A stretch of 64,000 nucleotides of DNA from an uncultured Oscillospiraceae bacterium (GTDB taxonomy: Bacteria; Bacillota; Clostridia; Oscillospirales; Oscillospiraceae): positions 31,925 to 95,924 of the forward strand of contig CANQII010000001.1 of the NCBI GenBank assembly GCA_947623875.1, in the 5' to 3' direction. How positions within the stretch are numbered: position 1 is the stretch's first letter; the number at the start of each line of letters is the position of its first letter. The notes beneath the pieces were generated by a model. It was not told the origin of the DNA and ran no database searches. It saw only the letters and a list, made by a program, of their open reading frames with translations. This document shows positions 29,326 to 39,226 of this stretch, one piece after another. Made by a program: the position numbers and the translations under genes.

Positions 29326-30567
29326 TTGCGCAGAAGACGCCGGTTTCGTTTTTTTCAGGAGCTGAAAGACACCCTGGTGGACCTGGTGGTGCAGCCCATA
29401 GACTGGCTCCAGGAGTTCTATAACAAGGGCGATTTCTTTCTTCTCCTGCTCTGTATCATCGCATCCCTGATGGGACTGATGCTAATCTATTCCGCCACCC
29501 GGTACAACCCCGAACTGCACCGGTCTTTTCTCAAGCAGGCCGCCTTCGTGATCGTAGGGATTGTGCTCTTTATCTGGGTCTCCTTTATCGACATTGAGTT
29601 TTTGATGGACAAGTGGTGGTGGGTGTTCTTTCTTTTGGGTATCGGCGTGATCCTGCTGCTGAAGCCCTTTGGCGTGATGGATGACACCGGCAACCGCAGC
29701 TGGGTCTACTTCCCTCACTTCCGCCTCTTCGGATTCCAGCCTGGAGAGATCGCCAAACTCTCCTATATCGTGGTGATGTCCTGGCTGATGAACCGGGAGC
29801 GGCCAAAGGGCATCGGCCGGTTCACCGCACTTATCAAGTACGCCATCCTCACCGTGATCTACGCCGGCCCGCTGATCTACCTCTCCAAGGACTTCGGCAT
29901 GCTGCTGGTCTACATGGCCATGTTCCTCATCATGATGTGGATGGGCGGGGTGAGCAAATGGTGGTTCGTGTTCGGCTTCGGCGCTCTGGGCGGGGGCGCC
30001 GCCTACGTGTGGACCCAGATCCTCCCCAACTCTGAGTACTGGGAGGACTACCGGATTCTCCGCTTCCGGGTCATCTTCGACCACGATCTGGACCCCCTGG
30101 GCAAGGGGTGGCAGCAGGGGCAGTCCCTGAAGGCCATCACCAGCGGCGGCCTTACCGGCAAGGGCTTTCTGAAAGGCCCTCTCGCCCAGAGCACCATTGA
30201 GGGTAATCTGCCGGCCCGGCACACGGATGAGATCTTTGCCGTCTGCGGCGAGGAGTTCGGCCTTCTGGGCTGCTGCGCCGTGCTGATCATTCTCTTCGCC
30301 ATCATCCTCCGCTGTGCCTGGGTGTCCCGGCAGGCCAAGAGCTACCTCTCCGCCTATATCACCATGGGCATCGCCGGCATGCTGATGGTGCAGACCGTGA
30401 TCAACGTGGGCATGTGCCTGTACGTGCTGCCGGTGGTGGGACTCACCCTCCCGTTTTTCAGCTACGGCGGCTCGTCCATCCTCACCTTGTTCATCGCCAT
30501 GGGCATTGTGTCCGGGGTCAAGATGCGGCCCATGCCCAGTTGGCTGAAGGACAGGCGCCAGATCTAG
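29326..30567 (+). CDS. SEDS family peptidoglycan polymerase (FtsW/RodA/SpoVE)
   Basis: TTG after AAGGAGG; RSW, FQPGEIAK, LP..HTDEIFAV.GEEFG, LPVVGLTLPFFSYGGSS. Confidence 0.92.
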   Translation: MRRRRRFRFFQELKDTLVDLVVQPIDWLQEFYNKGDFFLLLLCIIASLMGLMLIYSATRYNPELHRSFLKQAAFVIVGIVLFIWVSFIDIEFLMDKWWWVFFLLGIGVILLLKPFGVMDDTGNRSWVYFPHFRLFGFQPGEIAKLSYIVVMSWLMNRERPKGIGRFTALIKYAILTVIYAGPLIYLSKDFGMLLVYMAMFLIMMWMGGVSKWWFVFGFGALGGGAAYVWTQILPNSEYWEDYRILRFRVIFDHDLDPLGKGWQQGQSLKAITSGGLTGKGFLKGPLAQSTIEGNLPARHTDEIFAVCGEEFGLLGCCAVLIILFAIILRCAWVSRQAKSYLSAYITMGIAGMLMVQTVINVGMCLYVLPVVGLTLPFFSYGGSSILTLFIAMGIVSGVKMRPMPSWLKDRRQI

Positions 30568-30619
30568 GAGGGAGAGCGCCTTCCCGGTGCTGGGTTTCCA
30601 AGACAATTGCAGCAGGCCT

Positions 30620-30659
30620 TGCGCCGGTTTCCGGAGATGCGGAAACCGGCGCATATTTT
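30620..30659 (+). terminator. Hairpin/terminator after the SEDS gene
   Basis: tgcgccggtttccg-gagatg-cggaaaccggcgca. Confidence 0.65.
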
Positions 30660-30679
30660 ATGCCCTGGGCGGGCAAAAT
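30651..30679 (+). promoter_or_regulatory. Possible SigF/SigG (forespore) promoter
   Basis: GCATA-15 bp-GGGCAAAAT resembles GYWTA-N15-GGnrAnAnT. Confidence 0.45.
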
Positions 30680-30712
30680 CATGGTGCAAATTGAAAGAAG
30701 GAGGCTTTCCCC

Positions 30713-31675
30713 GTGAAATCCCGTATCACCATTGCAATGCTGCTGCTGGTGTGCGCCCTGATACTGCCGGCGGCTGCCCTCACCATGTCTGTGGCCGAGG
30801 TGGAGAATGTGGCGCCCATTGCAGAGAATCTCACCCTCACCACGTACAAAGGGGTGGCGATCAACGGCAGATTCGCCGCCACCGATCCCGAGGGGGATGC
30901 GGTGGTGTTCCAGATCATCGACACCCCAGCCCGGGGCCAGGTGACCGTAGACGAGAGCGACCCCAGCGCCTTCTGCTACACCCCCTATGAGGGCAAGAAG
31001 GGCAAGGACAGCTTCACCTATGTGGCTATTGACGCCCAGGGCAACACCTCAGAGCCCGCCACCGTGAAGGTGACCATCCAGAAGCAGTCCACCAAGGTGA
31101 CCTACTCAGACCTCTCCGGCAACGCCGCCCACTATGCGGCGCTGCGCCTCGCGGAAGAGGACATCTATGTGGGCCGGCAGGTGGGTGCCCTGTACTGCTT
31201 TGACCCCGATGCCACCTTCAGCCGGGAGGAGTTTCTGGCCCTCTCCATGACAGCCGCCGGCCTGGACCCCATCCAGGACATCAAAGCCACCGGCTTCTCG
31301 GATGACCCGGAGATCTCCGCCTGGGCCAAGGGCTATGTCTCCGCCGCCCTGGTGGACGGCACCATCCAGGGCGGGGTCAGCGCCGCCGGGGAGCCGGTAT
31401 TTGAGGCGGCGCGGCCCATCACCACCGTGGAGGCCGCGGTGATCATCGACGCCATGCTGGACGTGGGCGATGTGCCCTCCCCGGTGTTCGCCTCCGCCTA
31501 CGGCACCGCAGCCCCGGCCTGGGCGGCTCAGGCGGTGCTGAACATGGAGACCGTGGATGTGCTGCAGCCCAACCTCAGCCTGGAGGAGCCTCTCACCCGG
31601 GCGGAGGGGGCCCAGATGCTCTCCGCCATGCTGGACGTGCTGGAGAGCAGGAAGGAGTCCCGCTGGTTCTGGTAA
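30713..31675 (+). CDS. Secreted cadherin/Ig-like plus SLH domain protein
   Basis: Signal peptide; ATDPEGD...YTP...GKDSFTY; SLH-like FDPDATFSREEF, FSDD.EISAWAKGYV, LTRAEGAQML. Confidence 0.8.
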   Translation: MKSRITIAMLLLVCALILPAAALTMSVAEVENVAPIAENLTLTTYKGVAINGRFAATDPEGDAVVFQIIDTPARGQVTVDESDPSAFCYTPYEGKKGKDSFTYVAIDAQGNTSEPATVKVTIQKQSTKVTYSDLSGNAAHYAALRLAEEDIYVGRQVGALYCFDPDATFSREEFLALSMTAAGLDPIQDIKATGFSDDPEISAWAKGYVSAALVDGTIQGGVSAAGEPVFEAARPITTVEAAVIIDAMLDVGDVPSPVFASAYGTAAPAWAAQAVLNMETVDVLQPNLSLEEPLTRAEGAQMLSAMLDVLESRKESRWFW

Positions 31676-31720
31676 GGCGGGGCAGGGGAGACCTGCAGCA
31701 GGAGACCGGGATCTAGACAG

Positions 31721-31758
31721 GAGCACCCGCCGGCATCAGCCGGCGGGTGCTCTGTTTC
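31721..31758. terminator. Terminator hairpin
   Basis: gagcacccgccggc-atca-gccggcgggtgctc-tgttt. Confidence 0.7.
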
Positions 31759-31951
31759 CAGGAAAAATGCGCTTGCGTGGTCTCTCTGCAAGAGGGACGA
31801 GCGTGCGCTGCAAAAATGGCGAAAACAGGTTCAAAATCGCTGAATCGTCGAAGATGCAAAGACTGTAAAGGGAGAGAGCTATACAGCTTGAAATGAGAGG
31901 AAAAAGCCGTATAACAGCCGTTTTGCAGGACGGAAGGGCTGCTCCTGCATT

Positions 31952-32404
31952 TTAAATCGGTCTCGCGTCTTTTGCTTTGAGAATCAAAGCAATACTGGTA
32001 CGGGCGATCGTGGCAAGCTCGGGAAAGCCGGCCTCTGCACAATTCGTATGGACAAGCTCCGTGAATGCCAGCATGGAGATGCCAGGGTGCTCTGCACGGT
32101 AAGCACACAGCCAAGCACGGGCTTCATCGCTGTAGACACGGTTCTTTCCCTTAGAGCTCTTGTTCTTGAAAAGAACAACAAGGTCCGTCCCCGGTTGCCG
32201 CTCCAGATACTTGTGGATCCAGTGGGACACCGTAGGCTCGGAGAGATGCAATTTTTTGGCAATCTCAGTGTTATGATAACCTTGCCCTGCAAGGAGAATG
32301 ATACTGGCGCGTGTCTGCATATCCTTGTTGGCTAGCCCAGAACTTCGGATAATCTCCAACTGCACCCGATCCTCTTCCGGTACCGCAACTTCTAGCATTC
32401 TCAT
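31952..32404 (-). CDS. Stand-alone HTH protein resembling the N-terminus of IS630 transposases (no DDE domain)
   Basis: GGAGG RBS; RASIILL..QG..NTEIAKKL..SEPTV..WI.KY and AEAGFPELATI.RTSI..IL...D.RP; stops where the catalytic domain would begin. Confidence 0.65.
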   Translation of the reverse strand: MRMLEVAVPEEDRVQLEIIRSSGLANKDMQTRASIILLAGQGYHNTEIAKKLHLSEPTVSHWIHKYLERQPGTDLVVLFKNKSSKGKNRVYSDEARAWLCAYRAEHPGISMLAFTELVHTNCAEAGFPELATIARTSIALILKAKDARPI

Positions 32405-32675
32405 GGTCTGTCCCTCCTGTGTGCGGTTCTTGCAGCACCAAGCATACACGTTCTTTTGGAGCTTGTCCATAGGTCTGATGAAAAGACTGGGCTGATTTTC
32501 ACCGATTCGATACTTTTCGCTTTCTGCCTTGGAGGATAGAGGACCGGCAATGAGGGGGGACTTCCTTGCACAACTGCAGTTACGAATCTTGCAGACTCCA
32601 CCCAGAATCTGGATCAGAAGCGAAACAGGGCCTGCCGGCGCCGGCCGGACAGACCCTGTTGGCGGTGATATTGTT

Positions 32676-33998
32676 TTATCCTGCCGCAGCCTGGTTGGCG
32701 GCGTCCTCGCAGGCCTGCAGCGCGGTGGGGATGTCCTCACCGCTGCCCACCTTTTGTAGCATCTGCCACCAGGCGGCGCGGGCATTGGCCCAGCCCGGGG
32801 CAACCTGGTAGTAGTCCCCCAGGTACTGGCGGAGGGTGAAGTACTCCGTCATGAGCTCATCGTTCTCGTAGATGTTGGCCACATCCCGGACGGGCCAGAA
32901 GGTGGAGGCCAGCACCAACTGGGTGTACTGGTTGTTGTCCTCGGTGAGGAAGCGGATGAAGGTCTTGGCGGCCTCGATCTTTGCCGCATCGCCGTTGTCA
33001 AAGACGCCGAAGCCCCAGATGCCGCCCTGGAGGTCCACCTGGCCGTTGTCTGTGGGAAAGGCCATGGGGAAGATGTCGAAGTCCAGGTTGGGGTTGTTGA
33101 TCACCTGGGAGACCTCGTTGGCCACATTCCAGCAGAAGGTCATGGGAATGGCGCCGCTGGCAAAGCTGTTGATGGAGTCGCTGCCCACCCGGTCCGGGGT
33201 GAAGACGATGCCGTCCAGGTCGTAGAGCAGCTGCAGGGCCTTGGCGTTCTCCGGGCTGCTGAAGTTGTACTGCAGATGGTCCGGGGTGGTGAAGGAGCCG
33301 CTGTACAGGTTGTTGATGAGGGCCCGGGTGCCCTGGTCTCCGCCCTGTCCGCCGCAGTAGACCTCGGCCACCGTGTTGATGCCGGAGGCATACAGCGCCT
33401 TCACGGCGTTGGTGAAGTCGTCTGTGGACCAGGTGTGGGTGGCCTCGTCCACGTATTGCCAGGCGCCGGTGGCCTCAAATTCGTCCCGGTTGATGGCCAT
33501 GCAGTGAGTGGTCATACAGACGGGGTAGATGTAGTGCTTGCCGTCGTTGGTGCGGCTGGCCACCGCCACGGAGTCGTAGATCTGTTGGGCGGTGTCCGTC
33601 TCCCAGAGGTCGCTGAGGTCTGCCATCATGCCCCGGGCGCCGTAGTTGGCGGTGAGCCGCTCCGGACCCTCAAAGATCATGTCCGGGGTCTCGCCGCCTG
33701 CGATAGCCTCCTCCAGTTCCGCGTCTCCGGTGTCGTAGGAGGCGCTGTGGATGCTGATGTGGATCTCCGGGTGGGCCCGGTGGAAGCTGCTGAGGATGGA
33801 GGGAAGGCCGCTGTTGCTGCCGAGACCGCCCACCGGGAAGAGCCAGAGGCTGAGATCGATCTCCTCCTGCTGGGCGGGGTCCTGGCTGGGACTGGTGTCT
33901 GGCGGCGCACTGGCTGCAGACACGCCACCCCCGCCGCAGGCGGCGAGAAGACAGGTGAGGATCCATAGGACGAGAAGAAGTGATGTGATGCGTTTCAT
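32676..33998 (-). CDS. Extracellular solute-binding lipoprotein (sugar-binding type)
   Basis: Lipobox LLAAC; PDMIF, LSDL, AFP...GFGVF, AAKTFIRFL. Confidence 0.85.
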   Translation of the reverse strand: MKRITSLLLVLWILTCLLAACGGGGVSAASAPPDTSPSQDPAQQEEIDLSLWLFPVGGLGSNSGLPSILSSFHRAHPEIHISIHSASYDTGDAELEEAIAGGETPDMIFEGPERLTANYGARGMMADLSDLWETDTAQQIYDSVAVASRTNDGKHYIYPVCMTTHCMAINRDEFEATGAWQYVDEATHTWSTDDFTNAVKALYASGINTVAEVYCGGQGGDQGTRALINNLYSGSFTTPDHLQYNFSSPENAKALQLLYDLDGIVFTPDRVGSDSINSFASGAIPMTFCWNVANEVSQVINNPNLDFDIFPMAFPTDNGQVDLQGGIWGFGVFDNGDAAKIEAAKTFIRFLTEDNNQYTQLVLASTFWPVRDVANIYENDELMTEYFTLRQYLGDYYQVAPGWANARAAWWQMLQKVGSGEDIPTALQACEDAANQAAAG

Positions 33999-36601
33999 AC
34001 AAGAGGTCCCTCCGGTAGTTGCTCCCCGTCCAGACGGTAGGCAGTGATTTCGTGTACCAGCAGGCTGGCGGCCTCATCCAGGTCGATGGGCTTTGCCGTG
34101 TGGGCGTTCATGCCGCAGCTCAGGCAGCGCTGGACGTCGTCTGAGAAGGCGTCTGCACTCATGGCGATGATGGGAATCCGTTTGGCGTCCGGCCGGTCCA
34201 GCTTCCGAATCGCCTCGGTGGCCTCATAGCCGTTCATGAGAGGCATACGGATATCCATCAGAATGGCGTCATACCAGCCCACAGGACTCTGCTGGAACAG
34301 GTCCAGACAGGCCTTGCCGTTTTCCGCCCAGTCCAGCTCCAGACCCAGATCGGAGAACAGCTCTTTGGCGATCTCCCAGTTGAGGTCGTTGTCCTCCGCC
34401 AGGATGACCCGCTTTCCAGAGAGGTCCAGCCGATTGCCGTCTGCCGCATCTGCCTCGTGGGCAGCATCCCCGGTGTACTTCTGCAGGGCATAGAACAGGG
34501 TGGAGCGGAAGAGCGGTTTGGGGACGATGCCGTTGATGCCGGAGCCGTGGACCAGCGGCTCCAGGTCACTCCAGTCTGCGGAGGTGATCATGAGAATCAC
34601 GATCTGGTCTCCCATCTGCCCGCGGATCCGTTTGGCCGTCTCGATGCCGTCCATGCCGACCATCTTCCAGTCTACCAGGGCCACGGGATAGGTGCCGGTT
34701 GGGTGTGCGCTGAGCTCCTCCAGGGCCACCTTGCCGCTGGACACCGCCTTGCCGGTGCAGCCGATGGCCTCCAGGGCGGCGATGGTGCTCTCACAGAGGA
34801 GGGGATCGTCATCGATCAAGAGGACATTCCAGCCCGGGAGATGCATGTCTACCTCCGGCGTGGTGGACTTTTTCAGATCCAGGATCACATGGAACTCGGT
34901 GCCCTTGCCGGCCTCGCTCTGGACGGTGATGGTGCCGTGCATGGCGTCTACGATGTACTTGGTGATGGCCATGCCCAGGCCGGCGCCCTCAGTCTTCTGC
35001 ACCCGGGCGTTGTCCTCCCGGGAGAAGGACTCAAAGATCTTGGCCTGGAACTCCGGGGACATGCCGATGCCGGTGTCCTTGATCTTCAGGTGGACCCGGA
35101 TGGACTCCGGATCCCCGGGGCAGGCCTCCTCAGACAGGCTTGCGCTGATAGACCCGCCCTCCGGGGTGAACTTGATGGCGTTGCCCAGCAGATTCAGCAG
35201 CACCTGGTTCAGGCGGATGCTGTCGCAAAAGACGTTCTCGCAGATGATGTCCTTCACATACACGTCGAAGCGCTGTCCCTTGGCGTTTACCTGGGGTTGG
35301 ACGATGTTCACGATGCCCTGCATGGTGTCCTGCAGGGACATCTGCTCCATCCGCAGGGTGAGCTTGCCGCTCTCGATCTTGGCCATGTCCAGAATGTCGT
35401 TGATGAGGCCCAGAAGGTGGCGGCTGGAGAGGGAGATCTTCTTGAGACAGTTCTGCACCTGCTGCGGGTTGTGGATGTTGGCCGTGGCGATGGCCGTCAT
35501 GCCCACGATGCCGTTCATGGGGGTGCGGATGTCGTGGGACATGTTGGAGAGGAACTCGCTCTTGGCCCGGTTGGCGTGCTCGGCGGCCTGCCGGGCGTGT
35601 TCTGCCGCCTGCCGGGCCTCGTCCAGCTCCCGCATCTGCCGGCGGGTGATGCCGATATACCAGCTGAATACCGCGAGAAGCGCCAACAGCACCACGAGGC
35701 AGCTCACCAGGGCGGAGGTGCCCCAGGACTGGCTCAGCTGCTGCACGGTGAGGTCCAGCTGGCCGTAGGGCATGAAGAGCATCAGGTACCAGTCTGAGTA
35801 GGGCAGCTGGTTGCAATAGAGGTGCCGGCGCTCCCCGTCCAGGGTGAACTCACTGGTGAAGCTCTCACTGTTGGCCATGGTCTGCTGGAGTTTCTCGATG
35901 TACTGGTCTCCGGTGAGGCCCTCCACGCTGTCGTAATGGTTGTGGACGCGGTCGAAGTAGTTGGACTCGGTGATCTCACTGTCCTTGACGATGAATCCGC
36001 CGTTCTGGTCGATGATGCAGTAGTAGATCAAGGCGTTGTTGGCGCTGAGAGACAGGGTGTCGCTGATGTACTCTGCCGGCAGGGCGGTTACCAGAGCCAT
36101 GCTGGTGCCGCCGTTTTCCATGCTGTACGCCGCCGGCACCCCCATGAGCACCAGGTTTTCGCCGGTCTCATCTCTGCCGTAGGCCATCTTCTCCTCGCCG
36201 TCCCGCAGAGAGCGGGCAAAGGCGTCTGCGTCCTGGACATCGATCTGGCTGCCGTACAGCATCTCGAAGTTGCCGTCCCGGTCCACCAGGGCAAGATGGT
36301 CGAACCCGCGGGCCCGGGCATAGTACCGCAGGGCCACCAGCATCTGCTGCCGGTTTGCCTGGCTGCCCGGGGGGACTGAGTCCACCAGACTGCCCACCTG
36401 GGAGAGGCGCAGCTCAATGGTGGTGCCGAAGTGGGCAGCCGCCTGTTCACTCATGCCGGCCATGTAGATGGAGCCGATGTCGCCGATGGCATCGGCACCC
36501 TCGGTGTTCATACGCATGGCGAGGAAGGAAAATACCAACACACAGAGGGCGGATACAATGATCAGGCTGATGACGAGGCCCCGAGTGGATTTGTTCTTCA
36601 T
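33995..36601 (-). CDS. Hybrid sensor histidine kinase/response regulator (2 TM, sensor domain, HisKA, HATPase, 2 REC)
   Basis: FLSNMSHDIRTPMN, NAIKFT, DTGIGM, GAGLGM, LVDWKM, AEDN, MDIRMP; GAGGAGG RBS before ATG 36601. Confidence 0.93.
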   Translation of the reverse strand: MKNKSTRGLVISLIIVSALCVLVFSFLAMRMNTEGADAIGDIGSIYMAGMSEQAAAHFGTTIELRLSQVGSLVDSVPPGSQANRQQMLVALRYYARARGFDHLALVDRDGNFEMLYGSQIDVQDADAFARSLRDGEEKMAYGRDETGENLVLMGVPAAYSMENGGTSMALVTALPAEYISDTLSLSANNALIYYCIIDQNGGFIVKDSEITESNYFDRVHNHYDSVEGLTGDQYIEKLQQTMANSESFTSEFTLDGERRHLYCNQLPYSDWYLMLFMPYGQLDLTVQQLSQSWGTSALVSCLVVLLALLAVFSWYIGITRRQMRELDEARQAAEHARQAAEHANRAKSEFLSNMSHDIRTPMNGIVGMTAIATANIHNPQQVQNCLKKISLSSRHLLGLINDILDMAKIESGKLTLRMEQMSLQDTMQGIVNIVQPQVNAKGQRFDVYVKDIICENVFCDSIRLNQVLLNLLGNAIKFTPEGGSISASLSEEACPGDPESIRVHLKIKDTGIGMSPEFQAKIFESFSREDNARVQKTEGAGLGMAITKYIVDAMHGTITVQSEAGKGTEFHVILDLKKSTTPEVDMHLPGWNVLLIDDDPLLCESTIAALEAIGCTGKAVSSGKVALEELSAHPTGTYPVALVDWKMVGMDGIETAKRIRGQMGDQIVILMITSADWSDLEPLVHGSGINGIVPKPLFRSTLFYALQKYTGDAAHEADAADGNRLDLSGKRVILAEDNDLNWEIAKELFSDLGLELDWAENGKACLDLFQQSPVGWYDAILMDIRMPLMNGYEATEAIRKLDRPDAKRIPIIAMSADAFSDDVQRCLSCGMNAHTAKPIDLDEAASLLVHEITAYRLDGEQLPEGPLV

Positions 36602-36865
36602 GATGCGCCTCCTCTTCGCGGCGATTGCGCAGAGAATCTTTGCGGGAATTCCGCGGACAGTATACCATAAATGGAAAGAAAAGCGATAGCCAATTTCAAA
36701 AATTTTAGTGTGAATTCCACCTTTATTTCCAACAATCATGGGAATCCGGGGCCGCAGTGACACTGGAGCGGAAGGGATCCGGCGGAGACAGGGCGCGGCG
36801 TAAAAAACAAGGGCGTGTACCTGCCCCGCTGTGTGGGAGGATACACGCTCTTGTGTGGTATTGGG

Positions 36866-39226
36866 TCAAGGATCATCCAGCTTCACCATGGCGGCCCGCA
36901 TCACTTTCCGCACGCCGATCTCCTGGAAGTACACCCAGACCTTCTCTCCATCAAAGGACATGACCTGTCCCGTACCGTAGTTCTTGTGGCGAATCATGTC
37001 CCCCACATCGAGAACGATCTCTTCGGCAGCTTCCGGCTCTGTTGTATCCGGCGAAGAGACAGGAGGATACACTTCCGGCGGCAGGGGAGTCAATGGCTCT
37101 GTAGCTGGCTCTTCTCCGATGCTGCCCGGCGTTAATACTTCCATGCCCAATGTGGAAAACTTTGTGGAAGCTGTGGAAAACTGTGTGGAAGGGTCTGTGG
37201 AAGCGAAAGCAGCGCCTGTGGAAAACTGTGTGGAAGTTGTGGATGTCTTGGCAAAAAGACGAGAATAACCTGGATAATTTGTGGAAGCTGCACGATCCTC
37301 TTCCGGGGCTTCAGGGCGCTCCTCCGGCGGGATTGGCTTGCCTGTGAGCCGTTCTATGTAGGGGGAGGGCTCTGTGGGAATCTTGAAAAACGAGTGGGGT
37401 ATGTAGAAGGTGAGGTGCTCTTTGGCCCTCGTGACGGCCACATAGAAGATCCGCGCCTCCTCCTCCGGGTCCATCAGGGAGTCCATATCATCGATGGGGA
37501 GAATGCCGGAGAGGGCGTCCAGCACGATGACGGAGTCGAACTCCAGACCCTTGGCGGAGTGGATGGTGGTGAGGGTGACGTTGGAGTCCGGACTGGAGGG
37601 GCTCTTGATCCGGGCGTAGGTCTCCATGGTGTCTGCAAAGCTCTGCACATTGCTGTACAGTGTTGCGATGTGGGTGAGGACCTCGAAATACACGTTGGAG
37701 GAGACCGCCGTGCCGCCGGTCTTCTCCTTTTTCAGAACCCGGGAGGGGACCAGGCGCCGGATGAACTCGATCGCCGATACCGGGTTGCTGGCGGGGGTGA
37801 TGTTGACCACATTGTACAGCTGCTCCAGGGCTCTGCGCACATAGGGCTTGTCCCGGGCCAGATCCATGGCCACATTGATCACGTTCAGATCCCGGCCGGT
37901 GTCCTCCAGGTACTCCGTGGTGTTCTGAAGCCTGGCGATGAGGTCGTTGCTGAGGTAGAGGCCGAAGAGGTGCCGGGTGTCCAACAGGGCCTCTGCATCC
38001 CAGGGGCGGAGGGCCAGTCCGATGGCGCCCATCACCCCGGCCACGGTGGGATGGGTGAAGAAAGCCCGGTAGTTGTCCCGCCGGCGGAAGGGGATGTTCA
38101 GCCAGTCCAGTTCCATGGTGAGAGGCAGCAGGGTGAAATTGTTGCGGGCCATGATGGCAAGCGTTTGGTGGGGATCCTGCACAGCGGCCTGGACGGCGGC
38201 CACCGCATCTCCATAGAACGCCTTCATGCTCTGCTTTCTCTGAATCTCCACCGTTCCCTCTCCCTGCCGGGCGGGAGCGGCGGTCTTCTCGTAGCGGGCC
38301 CGGTTGATGCCGATGAACCGGTTGGCGTCCGTTACAATGAGAGGGACACTGCGGTAGTTGGTGTTGAGGTAGTAGATCTTGGCGTCTGGGTACTGATCGG
38401 TGAAGTGCAGCATATAGTCCGGGTCTGCACCCCGGAAGGAGTAGATGGACTGGTCGTCATCGCCGGCCACAAAGAGGCTGTCTGCGTCCTTAGCCAGAAG
38501 CTCCAGAATCCGGAATTGCAGCAGAGAGGTGTCCTGGGCCTCGTCCAGGCAGATGTGGCGGTACCGGGTGCGGAAGTACCCCGCGGTCTCCGCATCCTTT
38601 TGCAGTACCGCATAGGCCAGCAGCAGCTGATCATCGAAATCCATGATGCCCCGGCGGGTTTTGTATGCTTCATAGTCCTGGAAGAAGGTCTCAAAGGACA
38701 GGTTGGGCACCTCTATCTTGAGATCCGGCACATCCAGGGCCTCCCGCTCTTGCGGGGTGAACATCCGGTTTTTCACCAGGGTGAGCAGGGTGGAGAGCTG
38801 GCGCACCAGATGATCAGAGGGCCACACCGAGTACTTCCCATAGAGGACCCGGCGGACGATCCTGCCGGTGTCGGACTCCAGTGATGGCAGCCTCTCCTGA
38901 TTTTTCGCACTGGCGTCCCGGAGAATCGCCAGACACAGGGAGTGGATGGTGGAGAACCGCGGGGCACCGGTTGGCGTGGAGAAGGTGCTGCGGTACCGCT
39001 CCTCCATCTCGGCCGCTGCGGCCTTGGTGTATGTGATGGCCAGGATGCTCTTTGCCGGGACGCCCCGTCTGTGGACGAGAAAGCCGATCCGGGCCAGAAT
39101 GGTGGCGGTCTTGCCGCTTCCCGGGACGGCTACCAGCAAGGTCTCACCGGAGGTCCGCTTCACGGCGGCCAGCTGCTTCTTGTTCAGCTGCAGGTGGTAC
39201 TGGGACGCAAATTCATGGACATTCAG
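36866..39226 (-). CDS. UvrD/PcrA-like SF1 helicase with a C-terminal Tudor-like tail
   Basis: LNKKQ Q-motif, AVPGSGKT, LDEAQD, GDDDQSIYSFRGA, NYRS, TIHSAKGLEF, EEARIFYVAVTRA, H.NYGTG.V; start inferred at CTG 39226. Confidence 0.92.
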   Translation of the reverse strand: MNVHEFASQYHLQLNKKQLAAVKRTSGETLLVAVPGSGKTATILARIGFLVHRRGVPAKSILAITYTKAAAAEMEERYRSTFSTPTGAPRFSTIHSLCLAILRDASAKNQERLPSLESDTGRIVRRVLYGKYSVWPSDHLVRQLSTLLTLVKNRMFTPQEREALDVPDLKIEVPNLSFETFFQDYEAYKTRRGIMDFDDQLLLAYAVLQKDAETAGYFRTRYRHICLDEAQDTSLLQFRILELLAKDADSLFVAGDDDQSIYSFRGADPDYMLHFTDQYPDAKIYYLNTNYRSVPLIVTDANRFIGINRARYEKTAAPARQGEGTVEIQRKQSMKAFYGDAVAAVQAAVQDPHQTLAIMARNNFTLLPLTMELDWLNIPFRRRDNYRAFFTHPTVAGVMGAIGLALRPWDAEALLDTRHLFGLYLSNDLIARLQNTTEYLEDTGRDLNVINVAMDLARDKPYVRRALEQLYNVVNITPASNPVSAIEFIRRLVPSRVLKKEKTGGTAVSSNVYFEVLTHIATLYSNVQSFADTMETYARIKSPSSPDSNVTLTTIHSAKGLEFDSVIVLDALSGILPIDDMDSLMDPEEEARIFYVAVTRAKEHLTFYIPHSFFKIPTEPSPYIERLTGKPIPPEERPEAPEEDRAASTNYPGYSRLFAKTSTTSTQFSTGAAFASTDPSTQFSTASTKFSTLGMEVLTPGSIGEEPATEPLTPLPPEVYPPVSSPDTTEPEAAEEIVLDVGDMIRHKNYGTGQVMSFDGEKVWVYFQEIGVRKVMRAAMVKLDDP
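37151..37288 (+). repeat. Cluster of DnaA-box-like motifs (TGTGGAnnn) inside the helicase CDS
   Basis: TGTGGA at 37151, 37163, 37172, 37184, 37196, 37217, 37229, 37238 and 37280, plus CCTGGATAA at 37269. Confidence 0.7.

Noticed and set aside
37151-37288. Replication origin (oriC) or CRISPR array
   Set aside because: No dnaA/dnaN or unwinding element nearby and it lies inside a CDS; the units are too short and have no unique spacers.
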